Shown: piece by piece, positions 34,120 through 43,853 of the stretch
Numbering within the stretch: the stretch's first letter is position 1
How the letters are laid out: each line of letters begins with the position of its first letter
Source of the DNA: Chloroflexota bacterium
Lineage (GTDB): Bacteria; Chloroflexota; Limnocylindria; P2-11E
Assembly: GCA_005889275.1 (NCBI GenBank)
Contig: VBFI01000044.1
Coordinates: 22,509 to 86,508 of the forward strand
DNA: 64,000 nt
Direction of reading: 5' to 3'
The notes under the pieces: generated by a model
The model's input: only the letters and a program-made list of their open reading frames with translations
Database searches by the model: none
Told to the model about the DNA's origin: nothing
Program-made: the position numbers and the translations under genes

Positions 34120-35072
34120 TGCGCGAAGCGACGCTCCGCGTCTACTCGGGACGCAACCGTCCGGACCTGACGCCCATATACCGGCTTTTCGAGCGCCTCA
34201 CGGACACGAGGGTCGAGGTGGAGATGATCTACCACCTCGACGTCGAGCGACGACTCGCCGAGGAGCGCCACGATCCGATCGCGGACGTGCTCGTCACGAA
34301 CAGCCAGGTCGCGGTCGAGGCGGTCCGCGGATCGGGACTCTTCGAGCCGTACGCGCCGGAGGTCGCGCGCGGGTTCGACGAATGGCTCCGCGCGCCCGAC
34401 CACTCATGGCTCTCGTTCGCGGCGTGGCCGCGGACCGCGATGATCAATCGCCGCCTTCTTCCCGACCCCGCGAGCTGGCCACGGACGCTCGAGGAGCTCG
34501 CGGCCGAGCGCTTTCGCGGGAAGATCTCGATGGCAACGACGAACGAGGAGACGACGGTCTCGCAGTGGAGCGCGATCCGCGCCGCCAGAGGCGACGACTT
34601 CGCCTGGCACCTTCTGGACCGGCTCCGCGCGAACGGCCTCCGCACCTACGGATCGAACAAGGCGACGCGGGAAGCGCTCGTGCGCGAGGGAAACGCGATC
34701 GCCCTCGTGAACTCGTCGAACTACCACGTGTTCCTAATGGAGGGGAACCCCGTCGGCGAGGCCTGGCTCGATCAGGAGCCCGGAGGGCTCGGAACGCACG
34801 TCGAGGCGCACGTGGTCGCCGTGGTGAAGGGCGCCCGTCACGTTGAGGCCGCGCGGTCCTTCGTCGATTTCCTGCTCTCGGCCGATACGCAGACCCTCCT
34901 CGCGCGGATGTTCGGCGAGACGCCGGTGAACCCCGCGGCGATCACCGGATCGGTCCGGCCGCTCGCGCAGATCAGACGCACCGCGGTCGCCCTCGCGAAG
35001 ATCACTGAGCTCCGGGACAGCACGCGCGCGCAGCTGGCCAAGCGGGGCTTCGCCCCACCGGCCGGCGACTAG
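34119..35072 (+). CDS. SBP-fold protein (Fe3+/thiamine-type periplasmic-binding-protein family) without a signal peptide
   Basis: MREATLRVYSGRNRPDLTPIYRLFERLT...VLVTNSQVAVEAV is an SBP_bac_1/8-like fold. No N-terminal hydrophobic signal is present. ATG 34119 overlaps the C45 stop. Confidence 0.65.
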   Translation: MREATLRVYSGRNRPDLTPIYRLFERLTDTRVEVEMIYHLDVERRLAEERHDPIADVLVTNSQVAVEAVRGSGLFEPYAPEVARGFDEWLRAPDHSWLSFAAWPRTAMINRRLLPDPASWPRTLEELAAERFRGKISMATTNEETTVSQWSAIRAARGDDFAWHLLDRLRANGLRTYGSNKATREALVREGNAIALVNSSNYHVFLMEGNPVGEAWLDQEPGGLGTHVEAHVVAVVKGARHVEAARSFVDFLLSADTQTLLARMFGETPVNPAAITGSVRPLAQIRRTAVALAKITELRDSTRAQLAKRGFAPPAGD

Positions 35073-35080
35073 GACGGACC

Positions 35081-36343
35081 GTGCTCGACTGGCTCAGCGT
35101 CGACGGCAAGAAGCTTCTCGCGACGCGGGTCCTGCGGACATTCGCGTACGGCTACCTCGCGGTGGTCCTCGGTCTCTTCCTCGACAAGCTCGGGATGTCC
35201 CCGATCGAGATCGGCCTCGTCTTCACCGCGGCTATCGCCGGCTCTGCGGTGATGACGGTCTTCTGGTCGCTCATCGCCGACCGTTACGGACGGCGGCGCA
35301 CCGTCGCGACCATGGCGGTGCTCATGGCGATCGGCGGTCTCATCTTCGCGGGGACGAGCAGCTTCTGGCTCCTCCTCGTCGGCGCGTTCACCGGGACGAT
35401 CAGCGCGACGAGCTCCGAGGTCGGCGTGTTCCAGACCGTCGAGCAGGCCGTGCTCCCGCAGACCGCGCCGAACGAGCGCCGCACCTGGCTCTTCTCGATC
35501 TACAACATGGCGGCGAACTTCGCGGGCGCGTTCGGCTCGCTCGCGGCGGCCTCGGTCGGATTCTTCGCGGCCCACGGTCTCGCGGGCGCCGATGCGTATC
35601 GCCCGCTTTTCGTCTTGTACGCGCTCATCGGCCTCGCCAACCTCGCGATCTTCCTTACGCTTTCGGACCGGGTCGAGCTCGCGCACGTCGAGGGGCAGCG
35701 CCGCTTCCTCGGTGTCCACCGCTCCGCCGGGACCGTCGCGAAGCTCTCGGCGCTCTTCGGGCTCGACGCGTTCGCCGGTGGCTTCGTCGTCCAGTCGGTC
35801 GTCGCGTACTGGTTCTACCTGCGCTGGGGACTCGATCCCGCGGCGCTCGCCGGGATCTTCTTCTGGGTCGGGATCCTGTCGGGGTTGTCGCTCCTCGCCG
35901 CGGGCTGGCTCGCCGAGCGCATCGGTCTCCTCAACACGATGGTGTTCACCCACCTCCCGTCGCAGTTCGCACTCCTGCTCATCCCTCTCGCGCCGACGGC
36001 GGGGCTCGCGGTGGCGCTCTACCTGGCGCGCATGAGCGTCTCTCAGATGGACGTGCCGACCCGGCAGTCCTACACGATGGCGGTGGTCGACCCCGACGAG
36101 CGCACCGCCACCGCGGGCATCACGAACGTTGCCCGGACGAGCGCCACCGCGATCGCGCCGACGTTCGCGGGCATGGCCTTCAGCGCGGCGGCCCTCGGTC
36201 TTCCGTTCTTCATCTCGGCTGCGCTCAAGATCGTGTACGACGTCGCCATCTACGCGACCTTCCGGAACGTGCATCCTCCCGAGGAGCGTGCCCGCCGCGA
36301 ATCGCGGCAGGTCCCGCCGACGCCGGAGACGACCGCGACGTGA
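35081..36343 (+). CDS. MFS transporter
   Basis: 420 aa, 12 TM helices, with IADRYGRRRTV between TM2 and TM3. GTG 35081 with AGGA upstream. Confidence 0.85.
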   Translation: MLDWLSVDGKKLLATRVLRTFAYGYLAVVLGLFLDKLGMSPIEIGLVFTAAIAGSAVMTVFWSLIADRYGRRRTVATMAVLMAIGGLIFAGTSSFWLLLVGAFTGTISATSSEVGVFQTVEQAVLPQTAPNERRTWLFSIYNMAANFAGAFGSLAAASVGFFAAHGLAGADAYRPLFVLYALIGLANLAIFLTLSDRVELAHVEGQRRFLGVHRSAGTVAKLSALFGLDAFAGGFVVQSVVAYWFYLRWGLDPAALAGIFFWVGILSGLSLLAAGWLAERIGLLNTMVFTHLPSQFALLLIPLAPTAGLAVALYLARMSVSQMDVPTRQSYTMAVVDPDERTATAGITNVARTSATAIAPTFAGMAFSAAALGLPFFISAALKIVYDVAIYATFRNVHPPEERARRESRQVPPTPETTAT

Positions 36344-36384
36344 GCGCGCCAGCGGGTAGGCTCTAGCCCGCCGAGAGGGGAAGC

Positions 36385-37329
36385 GTGGCCAGGTACGTCG
36401 CGCAAAGGCTCGCCGAGGCGGTCCCGGTCCTGCTGCTCGCGTCCGTCCTCGTCTTCTCGATCCTGCATCTGGTTCCCGGCGATCCGATCGACGCCATGAT
36501 CGGCGCCGCATCGTTCGGCGTGGGCGATCGGACCGCCCAGGAGCAGCTCGTCGCGCAGCTCCGCGAGCAGCTCGGCCTGAACGATCCGCTGCCGCTTCAG
36601 TACCTGCGCTGGCTGTGGAACGCGACGCATCTCGACCTCGGCGAGTCGTTCATCCGCCACCAGCCGGTGATGAAGCTCATCGGCGACCGGCTCCCGAGCA
36701 CGGTCGAGCTGGCGGGCGCGGCCCTCGTGCTGTCGGTGAGTCTCGGCGTCGTGCTCGGCCTCCTCGCCGCGGTGAAGCGCAACTCGCCGATCGATCGCCT
36801 GGTCATGCTCTTCTCGCTCGGCGGCGTCTCGATCCCGAGCTTCTTCTTCGCGATCCTGTTGATCCTGCTGTTCTCGGTCACGCTCGGCCTCGTTCCCGCG
36901 ACCGGCTCGGGCAGCCTCGACCGGCTCATCCTTCCGGCCCTCGTCCTCGGCTACGAGGGCACGGGCCTCATCGCGCGGCTCACGCGCGCGTCGCTCCTCG
37001 ACGTGCTCGGGCGCGAGTACGTGCGGACGGCGCACGCGAAGGGGCTCGCGCCGCGCAGCGTGCTTCTCGGTCACGCGATGCGCAACGCGCTCATCCCAGT
37101 GGTGACGATCGTCGGTCTCCAGCTCGGCCGCCTCCTCGCCGGCAGCGTGATCGTCGAGACGATCTTCGCGCGGCAGGGGATCGGGCAGCTCGCGATCGAC
37201 TCGATCATCGCGAAGGACTACCCGGTGGTACAGGGCGTGATCCTGCTCACCGCGACGACCTACGTGATCGCCAATCTTCTCGTCGACGTGTCGTATGGCT
37301 TCATCAACCCCAGGATCCGCGCCGCCTAG
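36385..37329 (+). CDS. dppB: ABC transporter permease (DppB/OppB-like)
   Basis: MARYVAQRLAEAVPVLLLASVLVFSILHLVPGDPIDAM...EYVRTAHAKGL...AMRNALIPVVT. GTG 36385 with GAGAGGGGA upstream. Confidence 0.85.
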   Translation: MARYVAQRLAEAVPVLLLASVLVFSILHLVPGDPIDAMIGAASFGVGDRTAQEQLVAQLREQLGLNDPLPLQYLRWLWNATHLDLGESFIRHQPVMKLIGDRLPSTVELAGAALVLSVSLGVVLGLLAAVKRNSPIDRLVMLFSLGGVSIPSFFFAILLILLFSVTLGLVPATGSGSLDRLILPALVLGYEGTGLIARLTRASLLDVLGREYVRTAHAKGLAPRSVLLGHAMRNALIPVVTIVGLQLGRLLAGSVIVETIFARQGIGQLAIDSIIAKDYPVVQGVILLTATTYVIANLLVDVSYGFINPRIRAA

Positions 37330-37346
37330 CGTCGGCCGTCCTGCCC

Positions 37347-38093
37347 GTGGCCATCGCCATCGACCCGTTCAAGCAGAGCCTCAAGGATTCGCTGCTCGCG
37401 CCCGGCACGCAGGGTCATCCGCTCGGCACGGACCAGTTCGGCCGCGACGTCTTGCTCCGGCTCATCGACGGCGGGCGCGCGTCGCTCTCGATCGGCTTCG
37501 CCGCCGTCGCGATCGCGATGGTGTCGGGAGGCCTCGTGGGGCTCGTCGCCGGGATGCGCGGCGGCTGGGTCGATCGGGCACTCATGCGGCTGGTCGACGT
37601 GGAGCTCGCGTTCCCCGGGATCCTCCTCGCGCTCATCATCGTGACCATCCTCGGCCCCGGCCTCGAGAAGGTCGCGATCGCCGTCGGGGTCGGCGGCATG
37701 CCGCGGTTCGCGCGCATCGTCCGCGGCTCGGTCCTCTCGACAAAGCACGAGCTGTTCATCGAGGCGGCGCGGAGCGTCGGGGCGAGCGAGCGGCGTGTCG
37801 CGTTTGCGCACGTCATGCCGCAGGTGCTCGGGCCGGTCATCACCATCGCGACGTTCGGACTCGCCACGGCGATCTTCTCGATCGCGGCGCTGTCGTTCCT
37901 CGGGCTGGGCGCGCAGCCCCCCGCCGCGGAGTGGGGCCTCATGCTGTCCGACGCGCGCCGCTACCTGCGGATCGCGTGGTGGCTCGCCGTGTTCCCTGGG
38001 ATCACCGTCACCTCGGTCGTGCTCGCCGCGAATCTCCTCGGCGACGCGGTACGCGACGCGCTGGATCCCCGTCTCTTCAGCAAGGCGGACTGA
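37347..38093 (+). CDS. dppC: ABC transporter permease (DppC/OppC-like), N-terminally truncated (TM1 absent)
   Basis: ...IAIDPFKQSLKDSLLAPGTQGHPLGTDQFGRDVL...EAARSVGASE. The first in-frame start after the dppB stop is GTG 37347. The upstream frame has no TM1. No ATPase genes follow. Confidence 0.6.
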   Translation: MAIAIDPFKQSLKDSLLAPGTQGHPLGTDQFGRDVLLRLIDGGRASLSIGFAAVAIAMVSGGLVGLVAGMRGGWVDRALMRLVDVELAFPGILLALIIVTILGPGLEKVAIAVGVGGMPRFARIVRGSVLSTKHELFIEAARSVGASERRVAFAHVMPQVLGPVITIATFGLATAIFSIAALSFLGLGAQPPAAEWGLMLSDARRYLRIAWWLAVFPGITVTSVVLAANLLGDAVRDALDPRLFSKAD

Positions 38094-38129
38094 GCTCCGC
38101 ACGGTCAGCGGAGCGCCGTCGGCTTTCGG

Positions 38130-38384
38130 CTACCGTCCGAGCGCGCGGCGGGCGGCCTGGGCCGAGCTCATGCGTTTGCTCTTACCCGGCGCGAGGGCCA
38201 CTCGGCGATGAACGTTGGACACCGCGTCACGCGGCAGATCGTGAATGAACGCGGCGGTGTTGTCCTTGAACAGCGGGATCTCGGGGACACGCTCCCAGCG
38301 CATGACCGCCGCGGCGAGATCCTTGGCCAGCGCCTTTCGGTTCTTGAACGTTCCTTCGGTGGCGTACACGTCGATCATCGGCAT
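38130..38384 (-). CDS. tautomerase-family protein (4-oxalocrotonate tautomerase-like, Pro1)
   Basis: MPMIDVYATEGTFKNRKALAKDLAAAVMRWERVPE. ATG 38384 makes Pro the catalytic residue 2. AGGAG lies 6 nt upstream. The tracked start at 38420 is too far upstream. Confidence 0.65.
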   Translation of the reverse strand: MPMIDVYATEGTFKNRKALAKDLAAAVMRWERVPEIPLFKDNTAAFIHDLPRDAVSNVHRRVALAPGKSKRMSSAQAARRALGR

Positions 38385-38404
38385 CGGCTGTCTCCTGGGT
38401 GGAA

Positions 38405-38457
38405 ATATGACGACCGTCATATCGTCGGCCGCACCTTAGCCTATGTCGATCGTCATA
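38405..38457. promoter_or_regulatory. two palindromic operator-like sites between the divergent tautomerase and TetR genes
   Basis: ATATGACG-ac-CGTCATAT (38405-38422; perfect 8-bp arms) and TATGtCGATCGtCATA (38442-38457). Both share a TATGACG/CGTCATA half-site. Confidence 0.5.
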
Positions 38458-38475
38458 GTCAAGGGGGTGCGCCGG

Positions 38476-39054
38476 ATGGGCAAGGAGAGCCGGGCCAGCA
38501 TGGTGCGGAGCGCCGCGTCGCTGATCCGTACCCGCGGCGTGAGCGCGACGTCGTTCTCGGACGTGCTGGCGGACAGTGGAGCGCCGCGCGGATCGATCTA
38601 CCACCACTTTCCGGATGGAAAGGCGCAGCTCGCCGCGGACGCGATCCGCTGGACGTCGGACCGGGTGCTCGCACACCAACGCGAGTGCCCCGCGACCACG
38701 GCGGCAGGGGTGCTGAACTGCTTCATCGACATGTGGCGGCAGGTCGTGGTGTCCTCGCGCGGCACCGCCGGATGCGTCGTGGCGGGCGTCGCGATCGACA
38801 CGGTCGCCGGCGACAAGGCCTTGATCGACGTCGTCCGCGCGACGTTCCGGTCCTGGGTCGACTTGCTGGCCAAGCAGCTCGCGGCCGTCGGTGTCCCACG
38901 TGAGCGAGCACGGGCCATCGCGGTCGCGACGGTGGCCGGCATGGAGGGCGCGCTCATCCTGTGCCGCGCCGAAGGTCGGAGCCGGCCGCTCGAAACCGTG
39001 GCTGCCGAGCTCATGCGTTTGCTCCCGCCCGACGCGAGGGCCACTCGGCGATGA
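38476..39054 (+). CDS. TetR/AcrR-family transcriptional regulator
   Basis: [44 protein letters not shown] is the TetR_N HTH. ATG 38476 with AAGGGGG upstream. The tracked start at 38443 overlaps the operator. Confidence 0.8.
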   Translation: MGKESRASMVRSAASLIRTRGVSATSFSDVLADSGAPRGSIYHHFPDGKAQLAADAIRWTSDRVLAHQRECPATTAAGVLNCFIDMWRQVVVSSRGTAGCVVAGVAIDTVAGDKALIDVVRATFRSWVDLLAKQLAAVGVPRERARAIAVATVAGMEGALILCRAEGRSRPLETVAAELMRLLPPDARATRR

Positions 39055-39233
39055 TCTCCGCGCTCGTCGGACCCGCGCTCCCCGATGGTCGCACGGCTCG
39101 GGGCGAGGGCGAGCCACGCGCGCGACGATCGACGGCGCGCGAATGGGCCTCCTGGATCCACGGGGCCGAGTTCGTCGGTGCAGACGTTCCTCGACCGGCA
39201 CGACCTCGGCGGGCCGGGTGGACAATCCCCCTC

Positions 39234-40883
39234 GTGAGCATCGCGACCCGCGTCGTCCGCGCCCCGCGAGGGGCGGCGCTGGAGTGCCGGGCCTGGCCGC
39301 AGGAGGCCGCGTTCCGCATGATCCAGAACAATCTCGACCCCGAGGTCGCCGAGAAACCGGATGAGCTCATCGTCTACGGCGGCACCGGGCGCGCGGCGCG
39401 CTCGTGGCAGGCGTTCGACCGGATCCTCGAGACGCTCCGGCGCCTGCGGAACGACGAGACGCTGCTCGTCCAGTCGGGAAAGCCCGTCGGCGTCTTCCGC
39501 ACGCACGAGTGGGCGCCGCGCGTGCTCATCGCGAACGCCCTCATCGTCCCGCGATGGGCGACATGGGACGAGTTCCGCCGTCTCGAGGACGCCGGTCTGA
39601 CGATGTACGGGCAGATGACCGCGGGGTCGTGGATCTACATCGGCACGCAAGGGATCCTCCAGGGCACCTACGAGACTTTCGCGGCGATCGCGCGGCGCCA
39701 TTTCGCGGGGACGCTCGCCGGCAAGCTCGCGCTCACGGCGGGACTCGGCGGGATGGGCGGCGCGCAGCCGATGGCGATCACCATGAACGAGGGCACCGCG
39801 CTCGTCGTCGAGGTCGATCCGCTGCGCGCGCGGCGCCGGCTCGCGCAGGGGTTCCTGGACGAGATCGTGACCTCGCTCGACGACGCGCTCGAACGTGCGG
39901 AGCGGTATCGGACCGAACGGCGAGCGCGTTCGGTCGGCCTCGTGGCGAACGCCGCGGACGTCCTTCCCGAGATCGTTCGCCGAGGCACGCGCATCGACGT
40001 GGTGACCGATCAGACGAGCGCGCACGATCCCCTCGACGGCTACGTCCCCGCGGGCGTCGCCGATCCCGCCGCGCTGCGCGAGCGCGACCCGGAAGAGTAC
40101 GTGCGACGCTCCCGTGCCTCGATCGCGCGTCACTGCGAGGCGATCGTCGCGCTCGCGCGCCGCGGTGCGGTCGCGGTCGATTACGGGAACAACCTCCGCG
40201 GTGAGGCGAAGGAGGCCGGTTTCGCCGACGCGTTCAGCTATCCCGGCTTCGTGCCCGAGTACATCCGGCCGCTCTTCGCCGAAGGCCGCGGGCCGTTCCG
40301 CTGGGTCGCGCTCTCCGGTGACCCCGAGGACATCCGCCGCACCGACCGGCTCGTGCTCGAGCTCTTTCCCGAAGACTTGACCCTGTCCCGGTGGATCCGC
40401 CTCGCCGGCGAGCGGGTCCCGTTTCAGGGACTCCCCGCGCGGGTCTGCTGGCTCGGATACGGCGAGCGCGCCGAGTTCGGCGAGCGGATCGACGAGCTCG
40501 TCGCGAGCGGCGAGCTCACGGCCCCGATCGTCATCGGACGCGACCATCTCGACTCCGGGTCGGTCGCGTCGCCATTCCGTGAGACCGAGAACATGCGCGA
40601 CGGGAGCGACGCGATCGCCGACTGGCCGATCCTGAACGCGCTCGTGAACACGGCGGCGGGCGCGACGTGGGTGTCGGTCCATCACGGCGGCGGCGTCGGG
40701 ATCGGCAACTCGATCCACGCGGGTATGGTCGCGGTCGCCGACGGCACGCCGCTCGGACGCGAAAAGCTCCGGCGCGTGCTCACGACCGATCCGGGCACCG
40801 GAGTCATGCGGCACGCCGACGCGGGGTATCCGGACGCGATCGACTTCGCGCGGAAGAACGGGATCGACCTGCCCAGCACCTAG
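39234..40883 (+). CDS. hutU: urocanate hydratase
   Basis: [32 protein letters not shown]...[12 protein letters not shown]...[17 protein letters not shown]...GNNLR...[12 protein letters not shown]...VMRHADAGY is near-complete HutU homology. GTG 39234, 549 aa. Confidence 0.9.
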   Translation: MSIATRVVRAPRGAALECRAWPQEAAFRMIQNNLDPEVAEKPDELIVYGGTGRAARSWQAFDRILETLRRLRNDETLLVQSGKPVGVFRTHEWAPRVLIANALIVPRWATWDEFRRLEDAGLTMYGQMTAGSWIYIGTQGILQGTYETFAAIARRHFAGTLAGKLALTAGLGGMGGAQPMAITMNEGTALVVEVDPLRARRRLAQGFLDEIVTSLDDALERAERYRTERRARSVGLVANAADVLPEIVRRGTRIDVVTDQTSAHDPLDGYVPAGVADPAALRERDPEEYVRRSRASIARHCEAIVALARRGAVAVDYGNNLRGEAKEAGFADAFSYPGFVPEYIRPLFAEGRGPFRWVALSGDPEDIRRTDRLVLELFPEDLTLSRWIRLAGERVPFQGLPARVCWLGYGERAEFGERIDELVASGELTAPIVIGRDHLDSGSVASPFRETENMRDGSDAIADWPILNALVNTAAGATWVSVHHGGGVGIGNSIHAGMVAVADGTPLGREKLRRVLTTDPGTGVMRHADAGYPDAIDFARKNGIDLPST

Positions 40884-40893
40884 GATTCGCGCG

Positions 40894-41976
40894 GTGTCCG
40901 CGCTCCGCGGCGTGCTCGCTCCCTACGCACTCACGCGCATCCTCACGGCGGTCGTCGCACTCGCGGCCGCGGCGCTCTTCCCCTCCCCGACGATCTGTCC
41001 CGACGTATGTCATCCGTCGACCAACCCTCTGCTCGACGTCGCGACGCGCTGGGACTCGGGCGCGTATCTGGCCCTCGCGCGCGATGGCTACTCGGCGGCG
41101 GTACCCGCGAACAACGCGTACTTCCCGCTCTTTCCGTTCCTCATGCGCGCGCTCGGCGCACCATTCGGGGGGAGCGACGACGCGTACCTCGCCGCGGCGG
41201 TCGTCGTGTCGAACGTCGCGCTGCTCGTCGCGGTCGCTTACCTCTTCGCGCTCGTGGCTCTCGACCGTGAGGGCGCGACGGGCTCGCGCGCGGTGCTCTA
41301 CCTGCTCGTGTTCCCGACGAGCGTCTTCCTCGCCGTCGTGTACCCCGAGTCGCTCTTCCTCGCGCTCGCCGTCGGGTCCGTGTATCACGCCCGGCGCGGC
41401 GACTGGCTCCTCGCTGGCGCGCTCGGCGGGCTCGCCGCGCTGACGCGGCCGTTCGTCGGCGCGGCCCTCTGCCTTCCGATCGCCATCGAAGCGCTCCGCC
41501 AATCGCACGTGCGCGCGGGCCTCGCCTCGGCGGCGGTCGCGCCGGCCGCGCTCGTCGCGTGGCTTCTCGCGCTCTGGCGCATCACCGGCGACCCGAGGGC
41601 GGTGCTCACCGCGGAGGAGAGCTGGGGCGTCCGGCCGGCGTTCCCGACCCAGGCGTTCGCGGACCTCTTCGACCCGCGCGTCTACGGGTTCCCGTTCCTC
41701 GTGCTGTTCTCGACGATCTTCGTCGCCGTGCTCGTCGCCCTTTCGTGGCGGACCCTTCGGCCCAGCCTCGCCGCGTACGGCACGATCGTCTTCCTCGTCT
41801 CGGTCTCTACCGGATCGCTCACGTCGGCGCCGCGCTACTACCTCACCGTCTTTCCCGCGTTTATGGTCCTCGCCATCGTCGCCCAGGGCTGGGTCGGCCG
41901 GGCCTACGTCGCGGTCGGCGCCGCGGTGGGCGTGATCCTCACGGCGATGTTCGCGCTGTGGTACTGGGTCGCCTGA
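40894..41976 (+). CDS. polytopic membrane mannosyltransferase-like protein (PIG-V/GT76-like)
   Basis: 360 aa and about 9 TM helices. WDSGAYLALARDGY...NAYFPLFPFLMRAL. GTG 40894. Confidence 0.55.
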   Translation: MSALRGVLAPYALTRILTAVVALAAAALFPSPTICPDVCHPSTNPLLDVATRWDSGAYLALARDGYSAAVPANNAYFPLFPFLMRALGAPFGGSDDAYLAAAVVVSNVALLVAVAYLFALVALDREGATGSRAVLYLLVFPTSVFLAVVYPESLFLALAVGSVYHARRGDWLLAGALGGLAALTRPFVGAALCLPIAIEALRQSHVRAGLASAAVAPAALVAWLLALWRITGDPRAVLTAEESWGVRPAFPTQAFADLFDPRVYGFPFLVLFSTIFVAVLVALSWRTLRPSLAAYGTIVFLVSVSTGSLTSAPRYYLTVFPAFMVLAIVAQGWVGRAYVAVGAAVGVILTAMFALWYWVA

Positions 41977-43084
41977 TCTCTGGCCGAGACCGGCGCGGCA
42001 GCGTCGCGACGGCGATGACGCAGACGAGCACGACACCGAGGAAGTGCATGAGGATGGGCACGAGGGTGCCGACCTGCTGCGGCTCCATGAGGACCCACGC
42101 GACCACGATGCCCACGACGACGAGCGCACGCTCGCGGGGTGGTCGCGACCCGGCGCGACGCAGGGTGTCCGCCGCGAGCGGGAGCGACAGGATGAGGAAG
42201 GTCGTCCAGAAGTACCCGAACGGCGCCAGGTACCCGGCCGTCGCGAGCGTGAGGCCGTGCCAGGTGTCCTCGTGCGCCGGATCGCGCCGCGCGGCAACGC
42301 CCGAAAAGATCGCGACGAGGATCGCCGCGATCGCCAGGCCGATCGGGAAGGCTTCCGACCAGAAGATCGCGGCGAGCTCCGGCGGTCCCGGTCGGGCGAT
42401 GTGCGCGTAGACCCAGTCCTGTTCGAGGAGCCGGGGCGCGAAGCGGACGTACTCGGCGGTACGGTCGGGGAGCGCGAGCGCGCTCAGCGCGAGCGTGACC
42501 ATTCCGATCGCGGCGCCGGCGGCGACCGGCCGCCACCGGCCCGAAGCGATATAGAAGAGGAGCAGCGTCAAGGGCAGGAACTTGAGCCCGACCGCTGCCG
42601 CGAGCAGAAGGCCGGCGACGAACGCGCGCTCGCGGAAACGCCACGCGGCGAGCGCGAGCCCGAGCGAGATGAGGTTCACGTTCCCGAGAGTCACCTCGAG
42701 GACGAGCCCGAGGAAGAAGACGTAGCCGGCGGCTGCCCACGGGCGCCATGACCACTTAAGCGGGCGGATGAGCGCGACGCCGACGGCGACCGCGAACACG
42801 ACCTGGATCGCCGTCCAGATCCAGAGCGCGACCTCGAAAGGCATGAGCGCGAACGGGACGAAGAGAAGCGCGACCGCGGGGAGGTAGCGGTACTCGTCGG
42901 GGAGGCCGAGGATCGTCTCCGGTCCCGGATAGAGGGGGGCGCCGGAAAGGATGTGCCGTCCGGCGAGCCAGTACGCGCGGAAGTCGTACCCCGCGGGCAG
43001 CGCGGTCGCGACGAGCAGCGCGGCGAGGAGCGCGAGGACCGCGACGACGACGCCGGCGGCCCAGAGCAGCCGCGGCACGGTCAC
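41939..43084 (-). CDS. GT87/DUF2029-family polyprenol-phosphate-mannose-dependent glycosyltransferase
   Basis: LPAGYDFRAYWLAGRHILSGAPLY matches the DUF2029 motif, followed by a polytopic membrane region. GTG 43084 overlaps the CDGSH stop (GTGA). The tracked 517-aa ORF extension is junk. Confidence 0.65.
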   Translation of the reverse strand: MTVPRLLWAAGVVVAVLALLAALLVATALPAGYDFRAYWLAGRHILSGAPLYPGPETILGLPDEYRYLPAVALLFVPFALMPFEVALWIWTAIQVVFAVAVGVALIRPLKWSWRPWAAAGYVFFLGLVLEVTLGNVNLISLGLALAAWRFRERAFVAGLLLAAAVGLKFLPLTLLLFYIASGRWRPVAAGAAIGMVTLALSALALPDRTAEYVRFAPRLLEQDWVYAHIARPGPPELAAIFWSEAFPIGLAIAAILVAIFSGVAARRDPAHEDTWHGLTLATAGYLAPFGYFWTTFLILSLPLAADTLRRAGSRPPRERALVVVGIVVAWVLMEPQQVGTLVPILMHFLGVVLVCVIAVATLPRRSRPEIRRPSTTARTSP

Positions 43085-43284
43085 CGCTCGGTCGGTTCTG
43101 GCTCGAAGGACGGGCGCGAGACGAAGTCGACACGGCGGTGCGTCTCGTCGCAGTACGGCTTCTTTGCCGAGTGTCCGCAGCGGCAGAGCTTCACCGTGTG
43201 CCCCTCCGCGACGCGGTGCTCGCGCCCGTCCGCGTCGAGGATGGTGATCGGCCCGGTCACGATGTACGGGCCGTTCGCCTCCAT
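43081..43284 (-). CDS. CDGSH iron-sulfur domain protein
   Basis: MEANGPYIVTGPITILDADGREHRVAEGHTVKLCRCGHSAKKPYCDETH has the C-x-C-x2-S-x5-P-x-C-D-x2-H signature. Confidence 0.8.
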   Translation of the reverse strand: MEANGPYIVTGPITILDADGREHRVAEGHTVKLCRCGHSAKKPYCDETHRRVDFVSRPSFEPEPTER

Positions 43285-43304
43285 CCGGATGGTCGGCCCG
43301 CCGG

Positions 43305-43814
43305 TCACGCGTTCTCGCCGTGGTAGCGGCCGCGGTATCCCTCGGCCGTCGCGGCCGAGAGCCTGAAGAACACGATCTGCGCGACGCGCGCGCCGCGCTG
43401 CAGACGGTAGCCGCGCGAGTTGAGCACCGAGAGCAGGCCCTCGCCACGGCCGGAGTAGCCCGCGTCCCAGACCGCGCTGTGGATCGAGACACCCGAACGC
43501 AGCAGGCTCGAGCGTGGCCGCGAGAGGGCCATGAGGTCGACGGGCAGGTTCACCTTCTCGCGGTAGGTGATCACGTACGCCCCGCGATGGAGGTCCCACC
43601 ATCCGTCCTTGTCCGCCTGCACCTCCTCGCGGGCCGCGGGTTCGCGCACGGCGTCGGCCGCGCCGAGCAGGCCGGGCGAGGTGAGCCGCTGGACGCGCTC
43701 CACGCGGAGGTCCACTCCGTTCGGCTGAAGCTGGAGCGCGAGGTCCACATCCTCGATCAGCGGAGGCGTCGCCGCGAGGGCGGCGCGAAGCTCTTCGCGA
43801 GAGAGGACGCTCAT
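43305..43814 (-). CDS. dcd: dCTP deaminase/dUTPase-superfamily protein
   Basis: SRPRSSLLRSGVSIHSAVWDAGYSGRGEGLL matches the Dcd family. Confidence 0.7.
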   Translation of the reverse strand: MSVLSREELRAALAATPPLIEDVDLALQLQPNGVDLRVERVQRLTSPGLLGAADAVREPAAREEVQADKDGWWDLHRGAYVITYREKVNLPVDLMALSRPRSSLLRSGVSIHSAVWDAGYSGRGEGLLSVLNSRGYRLQRGARVAQIVFFRLSAATAEGYRGRYHGENA

Positions 43815-43853
43815 CCGAGCGCGATGCTAGGGCGCGGATGACAGAATCGCGCG

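Noticed and set aside
38598-40814. 738-aa minus-strand ORF antisense to hutU
   Set aside because: hutU is unambiguous on the plus strand. The antisense ORF is Arg/Asp-rich noise.
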